A DNA stretch of 52,802 bases, taken from NCBI GenBank assembly GCA_964424985.1, contig CAYRKQ010000004.1, positions 1 through 52,802 of the forward strand, in the 5' to 3' direction. How positions within the stretch are numbered: the stretch's first letter is position 1; every line of letters starts with the position of its first letter. The position numbers and the translations under genes were made by a program. Origin of the DNA: an uncultured Candidatus Saccharibacteria bacterium (GTDB taxonomy: Bacteria > Patescibacteriota > Saccharimonadia > Saccharimonadales > UBA7683). This document shows, in pieces, positions 43,267 through 52,137 of the stretch. Below the pieces are notes generated by a model. The model made no database searches, was not told the origin of the DNA, and saw only the letters and a program-made list of their open reading frames with translations.

Positions 43267-43836
43267 TTAAAAACGGATTTTACGCATCATTTTGTCGACA
43301 AAATCGAGTTCTTTTTCTTCGTGCGGGAGGTGCTGAGCGAGGGCATCAAAGATTTTCTCACCGTCGCTATGATCAAAATAAATGGTGAGAGGCGGCATTA
43401 AGCGTTTTACAGGTTGCAGCACCACGCTAAAAAGGGCGCCGTCTTGAATCACGCTGAACGAACGGAAATCCTCATAGTGATAGGTTTTACCTTCAATTTT
43501 AATAGCTGAAGGGAGCAGCGTATAACTGAGTGTTCGCGGTTTTTTATTTGCAAAGACCGCTGCCGTTGCCCCAGCTACTAACACCACAATCGTGGCTAAA
43601 ATGTCACGTGTCAGCAAGTACATTAACAGGCCAACTACAATAGTTGCTGCTATCAACCCCAAGAACCATAGACTCGACTTCTGATGATCAATAAATTCCG
43701 ACGCTTTCCAAAAAATACCCTCTAAACCATTTTCGGGCTTGTCAGTAGGAGCTGATTGAGGCTGGGGAGCAGAAACGGGATCGACAGGTTGCCCCGACGT
43801 ATAGTGAAAATTGTCTTGCTCATCACCTTCTTGCAT
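43267..43836 (-). CDS. Hypothetical membrane protein (two TM helices, P/Q-rich N-terminus)
   Basis: LWFLGLIAATIVVGLLMYLL and ILATIVVLVAGATAAVFA. No recognised motif. Confidence 0.5.
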   Translation of the reverse strand: MQEGDEQDNFHYTSGQPVDPVSAPQPQSAPTDKPENGLEGIFWKASEFIDHQKSSLWFLGLIAATIVVGLLMYLLTRDILATIVVLVAGATAAVFANKKPRTLSYTLLPSAIKIEGKTYHYEDFRSFSVIQDGALFSVVLQPVKRLMPPLTIYFDHSDGEKIFDALAQHLPHEEKELDFVDKMMRKIRF

Positions 43837-44035
43837 ATGTTTAGTCTAGCTCAAGCAGTATGCTTTCTCAACATGTTCCTTCATTAACAGATGAGATATG
43901 CTATACTTGCGGATGGTCTATAACAAATTGAAAAACAAAGCCTTAGCGACTTTTTCAATTTGAGACGAGGAAGTGCGGTAAGTGGAGCTTTTCTGATCTT
44001 GTCAGAAACAGAACTTTTTAGCAGCTTCCGAGGAG

Positions 44036-44125
44036 GAGAGGTGACCGAGTGGTTGAAGGTACCGGTCTTGAAAACCGGCAGGCCGGCAACGGTCTCGAGG
44101 GTTCGAATCCCTCCCTCTCCGCCAT
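44036..44125 (+). tRNA. tRNA-Ser (anticodon UGA), class II, CCA encoded
   Basis: GGAGAGG acceptor, anticodon stem CCGGT/ACCGG, loop CTTGAAA, long variable arm. The T arm and acceptor are identical to tRNA-Ser(CGA) over the last 30 nt. Confidence 0.85.
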
Positions 44126-44204
44126 GTACCGTACGGTACATGGCTCCGCCAACACTTTTGAACCCTTTATTCTTCTTTATCAGTACGGTACATGGCTCCG
44201 CCAC
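44126..44204 (+). repeat. 79-nt tRNA-Ser 3' trailer repeat, copy B
   Basis: Inverted copy of 40961-41039. Direct 21-mers at 44132-44152 and 44184-44204. 24-bp palindrome at 44122-44145. Confidence 0.9.
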
Positions 44205-44223
44205 TAACTGCTACAATCGAAAT

Positions 44224-44487
44224 ATGTATTACGTTTATGTATTGTTGTCTAGTAAAGATAACAATTTTTACATAGGATTCACTTCCGATCTTAAGAAAAG
44301 ATACTCAAGGCATGAAAAAGGGGATGTTACTGCCACAAAAAACCGACGTCCTGTAACTCTAGTTTTCTACGAAGCGTACGTTGATAAGTACGATGCTTTA
44401 AGACGAGAGAAATATCTTAAAAGCAGCAAAGGCCATACGACATTAAGAGCAATGCTCAAAGAGTATTTAGAGAAAAACCTATCTTAA
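44224..44487 (+). CDS. Small GIY-YIG nuclease family protein (YhbQ/UPF0213-like)
   Basis: MYYVYVLLSSKDNNFYIGFTSDLKKRYSRHEKG. The upstream part of the listed ORF 43960-44487 runs through the tRNA and is rejected. Confidence 0.8.
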   Translation: MYYVYVLLSSKDNNFYIGFTSDLKKRYSRHEKGDVTATKNRRPVTLVFYEAYVDKYDALRREKYLKSSKGHTTLRAMLKEYLEKNLS

Positions 44488-45698
44488 ATCAAAATTTCTT
44501 CGGCTGGCTCAAATCCACAATAGCGCTTTGCAGACATTGTAGCTCCGTAGGCGCCCGTCCCCCCGATAACAACGATATCGCCAACTGCCGCCACTCCTAG
44601 TGTCCGAGCAGTAATTTCCTCAGGGTTACCCGGGGCTGGCGTAAGGATGTCACCACTTTCGCAGTGGGGTCCAACCACCACTACTTCGGCACTCTCTTCG
44701 GGTAATCTGCCGTCTTTGCCAACCACTGTTAGGGGGTGTTGTGCTCCATAAGTTGCTGGACGCATGTTGTTACCCATGCCACTGTCTACAAGGTAAAAAC
44801 TTCTAGAACCCTCCCCTGTGCCAGTATTTTTAAGATCCATCACTTCCGAAAGGATTACCCCGGCATTCGCAACTAAAAAGGTGCCTGGTTCAATTTCCAA
44901 CTGTAGCTCTCTGCCAGTTTTGGCTGCAAAATCTTTTAACAGCTGCTCAAGGCGTCGTCCAATGACGGACATGTCGGCTGAGCTTTCTCCAGGCATGCGC
45001 CCTACTTTAAAACCACCTCCCAAATCAAGAGATGTAGCATCTGGGAACTGTTCAACAATAGCCAGACTTGTGAGGGCTGCATCTTGCCATGCTTCAGGGT
45101 CTGTGCCTGAGCCAATGTGAGTGTGAACCTTGTTAATTGTCACTCCACTCCGCTTAGCAATTTCATGTACTCGAGGGATTTCTTCATGCCAGATACCAAA
45201 CGGTGAGTTGAGCCCGCCAGTGTTCGTACGGTTATTCATTCCGTCACCTACTCCAGGGTTTATCCGTACACTTACGTTGCCCCCAGGGAAGAGCTGACAG
45301 TAGTTCTCTAGCTGGTGAAGACTTGTTGCGTTATATAAAACCCCAACCCTAACTAACATCTCCAAATTCTTCGGGATCATCTGAGAGGTAATAAGTATCT
45401 GCGAAGGTTCGAACCCAGCCTCCATGGCCATTTCAGCTTCTTCGCCAGAACTGGCGTCGATATCTAACCCTGCCGTAAGAAAAGTATGTAGTACCTCTGG
45501 ATTAGAGTTCGCTTTCATTGCAAATCTAACATTTAAGCCATAAGGCGCGCCCATTTCTTGGGCTGCAAAAGCTTGCTCTTGCAAGGCCTCCTGACTGTAA
45601 ATATGAAGTGGTGTCCCGTGTTCTTCGGTCAAAGCTATTGCTGCTTCTGGGGATAGCCACTGGGGCATAAGATTTAATTGGTCGGCTGATTGGGTCAT
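44484..45698 (-). CDS. lysA: PLP-dependent Orn/DAP/Arg decarboxylase family, diaminopimelate decarboxylase-like
   Basis: FAMKANSNPEVL (PLP lysine), LDLGGGF, GPHCESGDIL, GAYGATMSAKRY. Confidence 0.7.
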   Translation of the reverse strand: MTQSADQLNLMPQWLSPEAAIALTEEHGTPLHIYSQEALQEQAFAAQEMGAPYGLNVRFAMKANSNPEVLHTFLTAGLDIDASSGEEAEMAMEAGFEPSQILITSQMIPKNLEMLVRVGVLYNATSLHQLENYCQLFPGGNVSVRINPGVGDGMNNRTNTGGLNSPFGIWHEEIPRVHEIAKRSGVTINKVHTHIGSGTDPEAWQDAALTSLAIVEQFPDATSLDLGGGFKVGRMPGESSADMSVIGRRLEQLLKDFAAKTGRELQLEIEPGTFLVANAGVILSEVMDLKNTGTGEGSRSFYLVDSGMGNNMRPATYGAQHPLTVVGKDGRLPEESAEVVVVGPHCESGDILTPAPGNPEEITARTLGVAAVGDIVVIGGTGAYGATMSAKRYCGFEPAEEILI

Positions 45699-45906
45699 TA
45701 CGTTCCTCGCATTAATTTGTTATGTGAAAATTTTACTCGAAACAGGAGCCGAATGGAAAAGTTTTAGAATATTGTTAAGAAATAGATAAAAGTGTTAAAA
45801 TTTGGTACATGATTAGTTACCGTAACTCGATTTACTGGATCCCCGCCTTACTCCTTCGCCAAGGCTTCGGCGCACAGGTCGCGGGGATGACGGAGGGCGG
45901 GAGTAC

Positions 45907-46548
45907 ATGATTACCATTGCTAAGCGGGTGGAACAGCTTATTGAACAGTGGCCATTGTTTCGGCAAGGGCTGCAGCTTGATCTGCTTAATACCTCGGCAG
46001 TGGCGCGTTATTTAAAGCCAGAGGTGGAGCGCGAAGTTGGCGAACGGGTATCAGAGGCGGCGGTGTTGATGGCCATCAGGCGCTATCAAGAGAGTGTTGA
46101 GTTGAAACAGACGAGCCGACCACAGGATTTTCTGGGTGATATGAGTCTGCGCTCCAACCTCGTGGATCTTACCTACGTCAACTCCCCCACCTTGCCGCGG
46201 CTTTTAGCAAAATTTGCCCACGACCTGACCTCGCAGCACTACCTCACTATCAGCCGTGGTGTGCTGCAGACCTCTGTTGTGGTTCACGAGCATCATCTTG
46301 AGCTCATCAAAGGTGCGCTTCAAAAAGAACAGCTTTTGATTGAGACACCTTGCCTGACGGCCATTACACTTCATCTGACCCATGGCCACGACTATCAAAC
46401 CGGCATACTTGCCTATCCTTTGCAGCTGCTCGCCTGGCGCGGTATTCCGGTCGTAGAACTTGTTTCAACCAACGATGAATTCAACATTATTCTCTACGAC
46501 AAAGACGTCAACACCGCCTTCACTACGCTTAATCAAGCTCTCAACTAG
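45907..46548 (+). CDS. Hypothetical protein
   Basis: 213-aa ORF with GGAGGG Shine-Dalgarno upstream. No motif recognised. Confidence 0.5.
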   Translation: MITIAKRVEQLIEQWPLFRQGLQLDLLNTSAVARYLKPEVEREVGERVSEAAVLMAIRRYQESVELKQTSRPQDFLGDMSLRSNLVDLTYVNSPTLPRLLAKFAHDLTSQHYLTISRGVLQTSVVVHEHHLELIKGALQKEQLLIETPCLTAITLHLTHGHDYQTGILAYPLQLLAWRGIPVVELVSTNDEFNIILYDKDVNTAFTTLNQALN

Positions 46549-48188
46549 TTTGTTGCTTGCTGCACATCAACATTTTCAATAGTAACTACGCCTTCGTTAG
46601 AGACGGAGATCAACTCAATGCGAACGACTTTTTTGGTAGCTGGATCCATAAAGACCATACTGTACGCCGATGGTTGCCCGTTGCCCTCATACGTTCTAAG
46701 GCCACCCCCGCCACTACTTCCCGTTACCAAGAGAGGCGCGTTATAGTCGGTCTTCTGATGAACCTTTGCGGTGTGGGTGTGTCCGGCAGCCAGCAGCGAA
46801 GCTGATTCCGGAATTAAATCTTCTTGGCTCATTTCCTTTAGTAGCTGCGGATCGTGCGTCATAAGAATATCAGGTTTGGCTTTTTCGATAGCCTCGAATC
46901 GTTCAGGAAGGTACAGCTCTAACAGATTAGTTTTGGCTTCGTCTGCTCCTTGCATTTCATCGTCGGGAGTATAGCGTAGATCAGGGATCCCCATGAGCGT
47001 GAGCTTTCGTTTAACGCCACCAATGGTGTAGTAAATGGTAGAAGGTTCTTCATCTAAAACGGTGACATTGTCAATTTGATCGAGCATCTTCATTGCCGAA
47101 TCGGGATCGTGATTGCCTTTTACTTGAAAGATAGGCTGTTTTATATCGTCTGGCCCGTTCACGCCGTTGCAGCCTCCTTTCGGTGCGAGCAAGCCTGATT
47201 CCGTTTCAGCCCATTCGTATTCATCGCCGGGGTTCAAGATGAACTCGGTGTCATAGGCTGCGGCGAGGAGCGCTATTCGCTCGTACGCACAGGGGCGAGA
47301 GTGAATATCGGAGATCACCATAAACCGCAGGTAGCCGTCATCTTCTGTTGGTGCTGTTAACTCTTGCTGCAACTGAGCAATCTGCTCAATCCAGCGGGTA
47401 AGCTCGCCGCTTTTTTCTTGATACCCTTTAAGCGTGAGCTTTCCACTATCAACAATTTCTTCAATATCTTTTAAGTATCCTTCGTATCGCGGGTTCTTAA
47501 AAGCCTCTTCGTTGACCGTCGACCCTGCCCATGCCATTGAACTAAGTCCCGGAAGCGCCGCAAAAAGGGTGGCTGATGCAAGAAGTAACAGGCGTCTTTT
47601 ACGGTTCATTTCTGTCGGACGAAGTACGTTAATGCCTGCATAGACTGAAAGTGAGCCTATAAGTGCGCCAATTCCACCAACAGCAATTGCATTCTTGCCG
47701 CTTTCCACAACAAGGGCGCGCGCCTCTCGTCGACACACCTCCTCGAGCGCTTGAAGTTCGCTGGTCGAACCGGATTCCAACGTTTGCTGAAGGGTCTTAA
47801 TTTCCTCTTTATCAATATCCGTGATGCTGACAGAGGACTTTAAAAAGGGGTTGCTGCTTGCCTTGGGTATATTTGCCGAAAAGCCCGGTGCAAGCTGTGC
47901 CTCTACCGAAGGTTCAGAGGTGTGAATGGTAAAAGGGGTGTGTTCGACAGTGGCCGTAACCGCACAGACCTCACCTTCTGTTTCACCAGCCAGCTCAATT
48001 GCGGTGTTCCCGCCCACCACAGCTCCTAGCCATAAAGCCCCACCCAGGGCGGCTACTCGGGCTTGCTTGGAGGATATGCCTGAAACAACGGCTTCGTACA
48101 TTCTTAAGCTCAAGCGAGCTTGCTCGTCTGCTTGTGGTGGTGTCTCTGACATTACTTCTAGTATTGTGTTTTGGAAGATGGAGTTCAA
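46545..48188 (-). CDS. Membrane-associated calcineurin-like metallophosphoesterase
   Basis: VISDIHS (DxH), NPGDEYEW (GD), VKGNHD (GNHD), AAGHTH (GHxH). Hydrophobic segments in the N-terminal half. Confidence 0.75.
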   Translation of the reverse strand: MNSIFQNTILEVMSETPPQADEQARLSLRMYEAVVSGISSKQARVAALGGALWLGAVVGGNTAIELAGETEGEVCAVTATVEHTPFTIHTSEPSVEAQLAPGFSANIPKASSNPFLKSSVSITDIDKEEIKTLQQTLESGSTSELQALEEVCRREARALVVESGKNAIAVGGIGALIGSLSVYAGINVLRPTEMNRKRRLLLLASATLFAALPGLSSMAWAGSTVNEEAFKNPRYEGYLKDIEEIVDSGKLTLKGYQEKSGELTRWIEQIAQLQQELTAPTEDDGYLRFMVISDIHSRPCAYERIALLAAAYDTEFILNPGDEYEWAETESGLLAPKGGCNGVNGPDDIKQPIFQVKGNHDPDSAMKMLDQIDNVTVLDEEPSTIYYTIGGVKRKLTLMGIPDLRYTPDDEMQGADEAKTNLLELYLPERFEAIEKAKPDILMTHDPQLLKEMSQEDLIPESASLLAAGHTHTAKVHQKTDYNAPLLVTGSSGGGGLRTYEGNGQPSAYSMVFMDPATKKVVRIELISVSNEGVVTIENVDVQQATN

Positions 48189-48221
48189 GTGTAGTTTTTA
48201 CAAAACTGCTAAAATAAAACT

Positions 48222-48620
48222 ATGGAAGATTCAATTTTTACGAAAATCATTAAAGGTGAAATTCCTTGCCATAAGGTGTATGAAGATGAAAAAGTACTGG
48301 CATTTTTAGACATTCACCCCATTCAACCAGGTCAGGTACTGGTGATTCCAAAAGTGCAGGTTGGGTTTGTTTGGGATCTTTCGGCCGATGATTACCATGC
48401 TCTTATGGAGGCGGTGCAAAAAGTCGGCAAGCGGATTCGAGAGATTTTCCCTGAGAAAGACAGAGTTGGCGTGATTATCGAAGGGCTCGATGTTACCGAC
48501 CACGCTCACATAAAAGTATTCCCTTTTAGTGGCGAAGCTGAATTCCGCCATGTGCCAGATGGCACTGCTGAACCAGATCACGAAGCACTCGCAGACATTG
48601 CCAAAAAACTCGCCTTTTAA
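48222..48620 (+). CDS. HIT (histidine triad) family protein with variant triad
   Basis: FTKIIKGEIPCHKVYEDEKVLAFLDIHPIQPGQVLVIPK. The triad region reads DHAHIKVFP, with the third His position replaced by Lys. Confidence 0.8.
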   Translation: MEDSIFTKIIKGEIPCHKVYEDEKVLAFLDIHPIQPGQVLVIPKVQVGFVWDLSADDYHALMEAVQKVGKRIREIFPEKDRVGVIIEGLDVTDHAHIKVFPFSGEAEFRHVPDGTAEPDHEALADIAKKLAF

Positions 48621-48635
48621 ACAGGTATCATTCAG

Positions 48636-51200
48636 TTATAGGTGTTTTAGTTGTTTCTTCAGGTGGTCGGTTTGGGTGTTGAGGCGGGTTTGTTCTTCGC
48701 GGCTTTCGGCTACTAAAGCCTCGGGCGCATTTTTGACGTAGCTTTCATTGGAAAGGCGCTTTTCTAGCAGTTCCAAGCTGGCCTCAAACTTCTCAAGTTT
48801 CTTCTCAAGCGATGATTTATAGGTGGTGATCTGCTCTGGTGAAAGACTCAGCCAGACCGGTTCATGCGTACTAGTAAGACGTAAGCCACTGCCCTCTTCA
48901 AGCTCTTCAACGTAGCCAACGCGGCTCATCTTTCTAATCAGTTCAGCATTTTCTAGAATAAGCGCCGAGGTTGAGGTGAGAGCGATGTCATGCGTGCCAA
49001 CTTCTGCCAGCACTTCTCGTGTTTCGGTAATGACTGCTTGCAGCTGTTCGAAGGCCTCAGCCTGCTTTTCGTCGTAGTCTACCCTGGTTGGCCAAGGGCT
49101 GGTGATAAGGAGAGAGTCTTCATGGGTGCTTTGCCAAATAGTTTCGGTGACAAAGGGCGCAAAGGGGTGCGCAATTTTGAGGCAGGTTTCCAATACCCAA
49201 CTCATAACAGACGCCTTCTGAGGCGATTCCTCAGCCGTTTTTGAGGCTTCTAAGTACCAATCGGCTACTTTGTCCCAAATAGTATGATAAACGGCTTCTA
49301 CGGCCTCTGAAAAGCGATATTCTTCCAGCAAAGCGGCCACTTCGTTGGCAGCCGCGTCTAACTCGCGCATAATCCAGTGGTCGTGAGAAGAATGAGGAGT
49401 GGGGAGTGAAGAATGTGGTTTTCTCCCTTCTTCATTCTGCGTTCCTCCTTCTATAAACCGGGCGATATTCCACAGCTTGTTGGCAAAGTTGCGGCCAGCT
49501 ATAACTTTGTCTGCCCCAAATGCTTGGTTCTGGCCAGCTGAGCGAGATGAAAGCAGGCCAATTCTGAGGGCATCAGATCCGTACTGCTCCATAACTTCTT
49601 GCGGGTTAACAACGTTACCCCTGCTTTTACTCATCTTTTGGCCATGTGGGTCGAGCACTAGGCCATGCAGATAGACGGTTTTAAATGGCACCTGCTTTTC
49701 AACGTAAAGGCTCATCATGAGCATGCGTGAAACCCATGGGAATAAGATGTCGTGCCCCGTTTCCATGACGGTGTTCGGAAAGAACTCCCCTAGCTCGCCG
49801 CTGTCGTGATACTTGGTGGTAATGTATGGCCACTGACCACTGGAAAACCAGGTATCAAAGGTGTCTGGATCACGCTGGTATTTTTTACCATCAACTTCAA
49901 TAGTTTCCTCTGTGACTCTCTCGTCAAAAATCCAATCATCGGAATCATCTACGTTCTGGAAGGCGGGTATTGGAATGCCCCAAGGAATTTGCCGAGAAAT
50001 ATTCCAATCTTTCAAGTTCTTTAGGTAGTTAACCAGCACTCTGCCCTTGTTTTCAGGCACGAATGTCACTTCACCTTCTTCAATGGCCTTGACTGCCTCT
50101 TTGGCAATGCCCTCAACCTTAATAAACCACTGATCTTTTAGGAGCGGTTGAATAACGGTGCCACACTTGTAGCAGTGGCCAACGCTGTGCTTGTAGTCTT
50201 CTTCGGCCACCAAATAGTCGTGGGTTTTTAGATCTTCTACTACTGCTTTTCTCGCTTCGTTGACGGCCATTCCCTGGTACTTCTTTGGTACGTTTTCGTT
50301 CATTGTGCCGTCGTAATTGATGACGTTGATTCGTTCTAAATTATTACGTTCCCCTGCTTCGAAGTCGTTTTGGTCGTGGGCCGGGGTGATTTTTACGGCG
50401 CCAGTACCAAACTCCATATCAACAAAATCATCAGCAATAACCGGGATTTCACGCTCGGCGATCGGCAGCATCAGCTTCTTGCCGATTAAGTGTTTATAAC
50501 GTTCGTCATCTGGATGAACAGCTACGGCAGTATCACCAAACATGGTTTCAGGTCTGGTTGTGGCAACAATCAGTTCGTATGAGCCATCTTTGGCAGGGTA
50601 GCTAATATCCCAAATATGAGATTTCTCATCTTTAAAAGTCACCTCAATATCAGCAAAGCTGGTGTCGTGCTTAGTGCAGTAATTAACGAGCCGTTCACCT
50701 CTGTAAATTAATTCATCTTCCCACATTTTTTTAAAGGTTTTGTAGGCAACATTGACGACTGAATCATCGAGTGTGAAGACTTGTTTGCTCCAATCGCAGC
50801 TAGCACCTAGTTCGCGAACCTGAACTTCCATGTTGGATCTATTTTTGGCCACAAAGTCCCAGGTCTGTTGATACAGCTCTTCTCTACTGAAATCAAAACG
50901 AGTCTTACCTTCTTTTTCAAGCTGTTTTTCGTAGACAACCCAGGTTTCAAAGCCGGCGTGATCAGCACCCGGAATATAGATAGTTTTTTTACCACGCATC
51001 CGATGATAACGGATCAGCCCATCTTCAACAGCATTTATTAAAGCGTGACCAAGGTGAAGATTGCCGTTAGCGTTGGGCGGCGGCATAACAATGCTAAAGG
51101 GCTCCCCTTCTCCAGATGGTTTAAAGGCGTCACTGGTTTCCCACAGCTGATAAATATCAGCTTCGTACTTCCCTGGTTCATATGTTTTCGGTAAATTCAT
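48636..51200 (-). CDS. valS: Valine--tRNA ligase
   Basis: HIGH motif PPPNANGNLHLGHA, KMSKS present, C-terminal coiled coil. Start MNLPKTYEPGKYE (51200) is preferred over 51239. Confidence 0.95.
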   Translation of the reverse strand: MNLPKTYEPGKYEADIYQLWETSDAFKPSGEGEPFSIVMPPPNANGNLHLGHALINAVEDGLIRYHRMRGKKTIYIPGADHAGFETWVVYEKQLEKEGKTRFDFSREELYQQTWDFVAKNRSNMEVQVRELGASCDWSKQVFTLDDSVVNVAYKTFKKMWEDELIYRGERLVNYCTKHDTSFADIEVTFKDEKSHIWDISYPAKDGSYELIVATTRPETMFGDTAVAVHPDDERYKHLIGKKLMLPIAEREIPVIADDFVDMEFGTGAVKITPAHDQNDFEAGERNNLERINVINYDGTMNENVPKKYQGMAVNEARKAVVEDLKTHDYLVAEEDYKHSVGHCYKCGTVIQPLLKDQWFIKVEGIAKEAVKAIEEGEVTFVPENKGRVLVNYLKNLKDWNISRQIPWGIPIPAFQNVDDSDDWIFDERVTEETIEVDGKKYQRDPDTFDTWFSSGQWPYITTKYHDSGELGEFFPNTVMETGHDILFPWVSRMLMMSLYVEKQVPFKTVYLHGLVLDPHGQKMSKSRGNVVNPQEVMEQYGSDALRIGLLSSRSAGQNQAFGADKVIAGRNFANKLWNIARFIEGGTQNEEGRKPHSSLPTPHSSHDHWIMRELDAAANEVAALLEEYRFSEAVEAVYHTIWDKVADWYLEASKTAEESPQKASVMSWVLETCLKIAHPFAPFVTETIWQSTHEDSLLITSPWPTRVDYDEKQAEAFEQLQAVITETREVLAEVGTHDIALTSTSALILENAELIRKMSRVGYVEELEEGSGLRLTSTHEPVWLSLSPEQITTYKSSLEKKLEKFEASLELLEKRLSNESYVKNAPEALVAESREEQTRLNTQTDHLKKQLKHL

Positions 51201-51395
51201 GTAAGAAAATATTCTTTCTGTATCTGGAAGATATTCCAAAACTTAGTTGCATTCATGTGAAATTGAAGTTGTAATATTAAGCCCTGGTGGGCACAACACT
51301 TCGAGCAGTTCCAAAATGAAATTTCACAGATTGCATCAACATAACTACCCAGATTGTACCACTTCCCTACCCCTGACACAATTCGTATTGGTTGG

Positions 51396-51713
51396 CTATA
51401 AGCTGAACATGGTTTCTAAAATGGTGCAGGTTTGTTCGGCGTCTGATTGTTTTAGTCTGCCGTAGGTTTTTAGTAGTCGCTTTTTATCGATACATCTGAT
51501 TTGATCACAGGCGATTGAACCGGGTGTCGTGTCGTGGGTGATGTTGAGCCGATACCCAAGATTGCGCCGTGTTTTGGTAATGGGCGTCACCACTACTGTT
51601 TTCAGCTCACTGTTAATTTCATCTGGCGAGACAATAACACACGGTCGAATCTTCTTAATTTCGCTGCCAATTGTGGGGTCAAGATTAACCCAGTACACAT
51701 CAAACCGTTTCAC
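51396..51713 (-). CDS. mazF: MazF/PemK family toxin
   Basis: KRFDVYWVNLDPTIGSEIKKIRPCVIVSPDEIN. 4-nt overlap with the antitoxin. Confidence 0.8.
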   Translation of the reverse strand: MKRFDVYWVNLDPTIGSEIKKIRPCVIVSPDEINSELKTVVVTPITKTRRNLGYRLNITHDTTPGSIACDQIRCIDKKRLLKTYGRLKQSDAEQTCTILETMFSL

Positions 51714-52024
51714 TGACAGCCCTTCGTATAGAGGTCTAACCAGTAATCATCTTCGTTTTCATCAAGACCGTCACTTACCGCGCTATCGAAAAGCTGTCGA
51801 TCAGTTTGCTCATCGGTTGTTTCGGCCTGCTGCGCGAATGCTTGTTTGGTTTGTTCGTGCCAGGCAGCGCGTGGGTTTTGCTGAGCCATAACGACAATTT
51901 TGCCCGGAGTGACCTCAAGAACAACGTTCTCGCCAAGATCGCCGATAAGTCGAGCTGCTCGTGGCAAACGGATTACGAAACTGTTCCCGCCTTTGGCTAT
52001 TTTCGATGGATATACACTTTTCAT
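51710..52024 (-). CDS. AbrB/MazE-type antitoxin
   Basis: KGGNSFVIRLPRAARLIGDLGENVVLEVTPGKIVV. Start 52024 is preferred because the -10 box overlaps the ATG at 52033. Confidence 0.7.
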   Translation of the reverse strand: MKSVYPSKIAKGGNSFVIRLPRAARLIGDLGENVVLEVTPGKIVVMAQQNPRAAWHEQTKQAFAQQAETTDEQTDRQLFDSAVSDGLDENEDDYWLDLYTKGCQ

Positions 52025-52031
52025 GTAATAC

Positions 52032-52061
52032 ATTGTACTTACAACTATGAGTAGCTGTCAA
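52032..52061 (-). promoter_or_regulatory. Sigma70-like promoter for the second mazEF-like operon, leaderless geometry
   Basis: On the minus strand: TTGACA (52056-52061), 18 nt, TACAAT (52032-52037), then 7 nt to ATG 52022-52024. Confidence 0.55.
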
Positions 52062-52137
52062 CTTTATGGCACCTCAATCACAAAACCCCCGATCTATTAG
52101 TTTGTCATCTTGAGCTTGCGGTGCCTCGTGATTGAGG

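Noticed and set aside
45839-45888. Inverted repeat ATCCCCGC...GCGGGGAT enclosing CCTTCGCCAAGGCTTCGG. A similar motif, CCTTCGCACCAGGCTTCGG, lies at about 41484-41502 upstream of a GIY-YIG gene.
   Set aside because: The shared motif is only 17-19 nt with two copies. This is too little to call a riboswitch, sRNA or repeat family without a genome-wide search.
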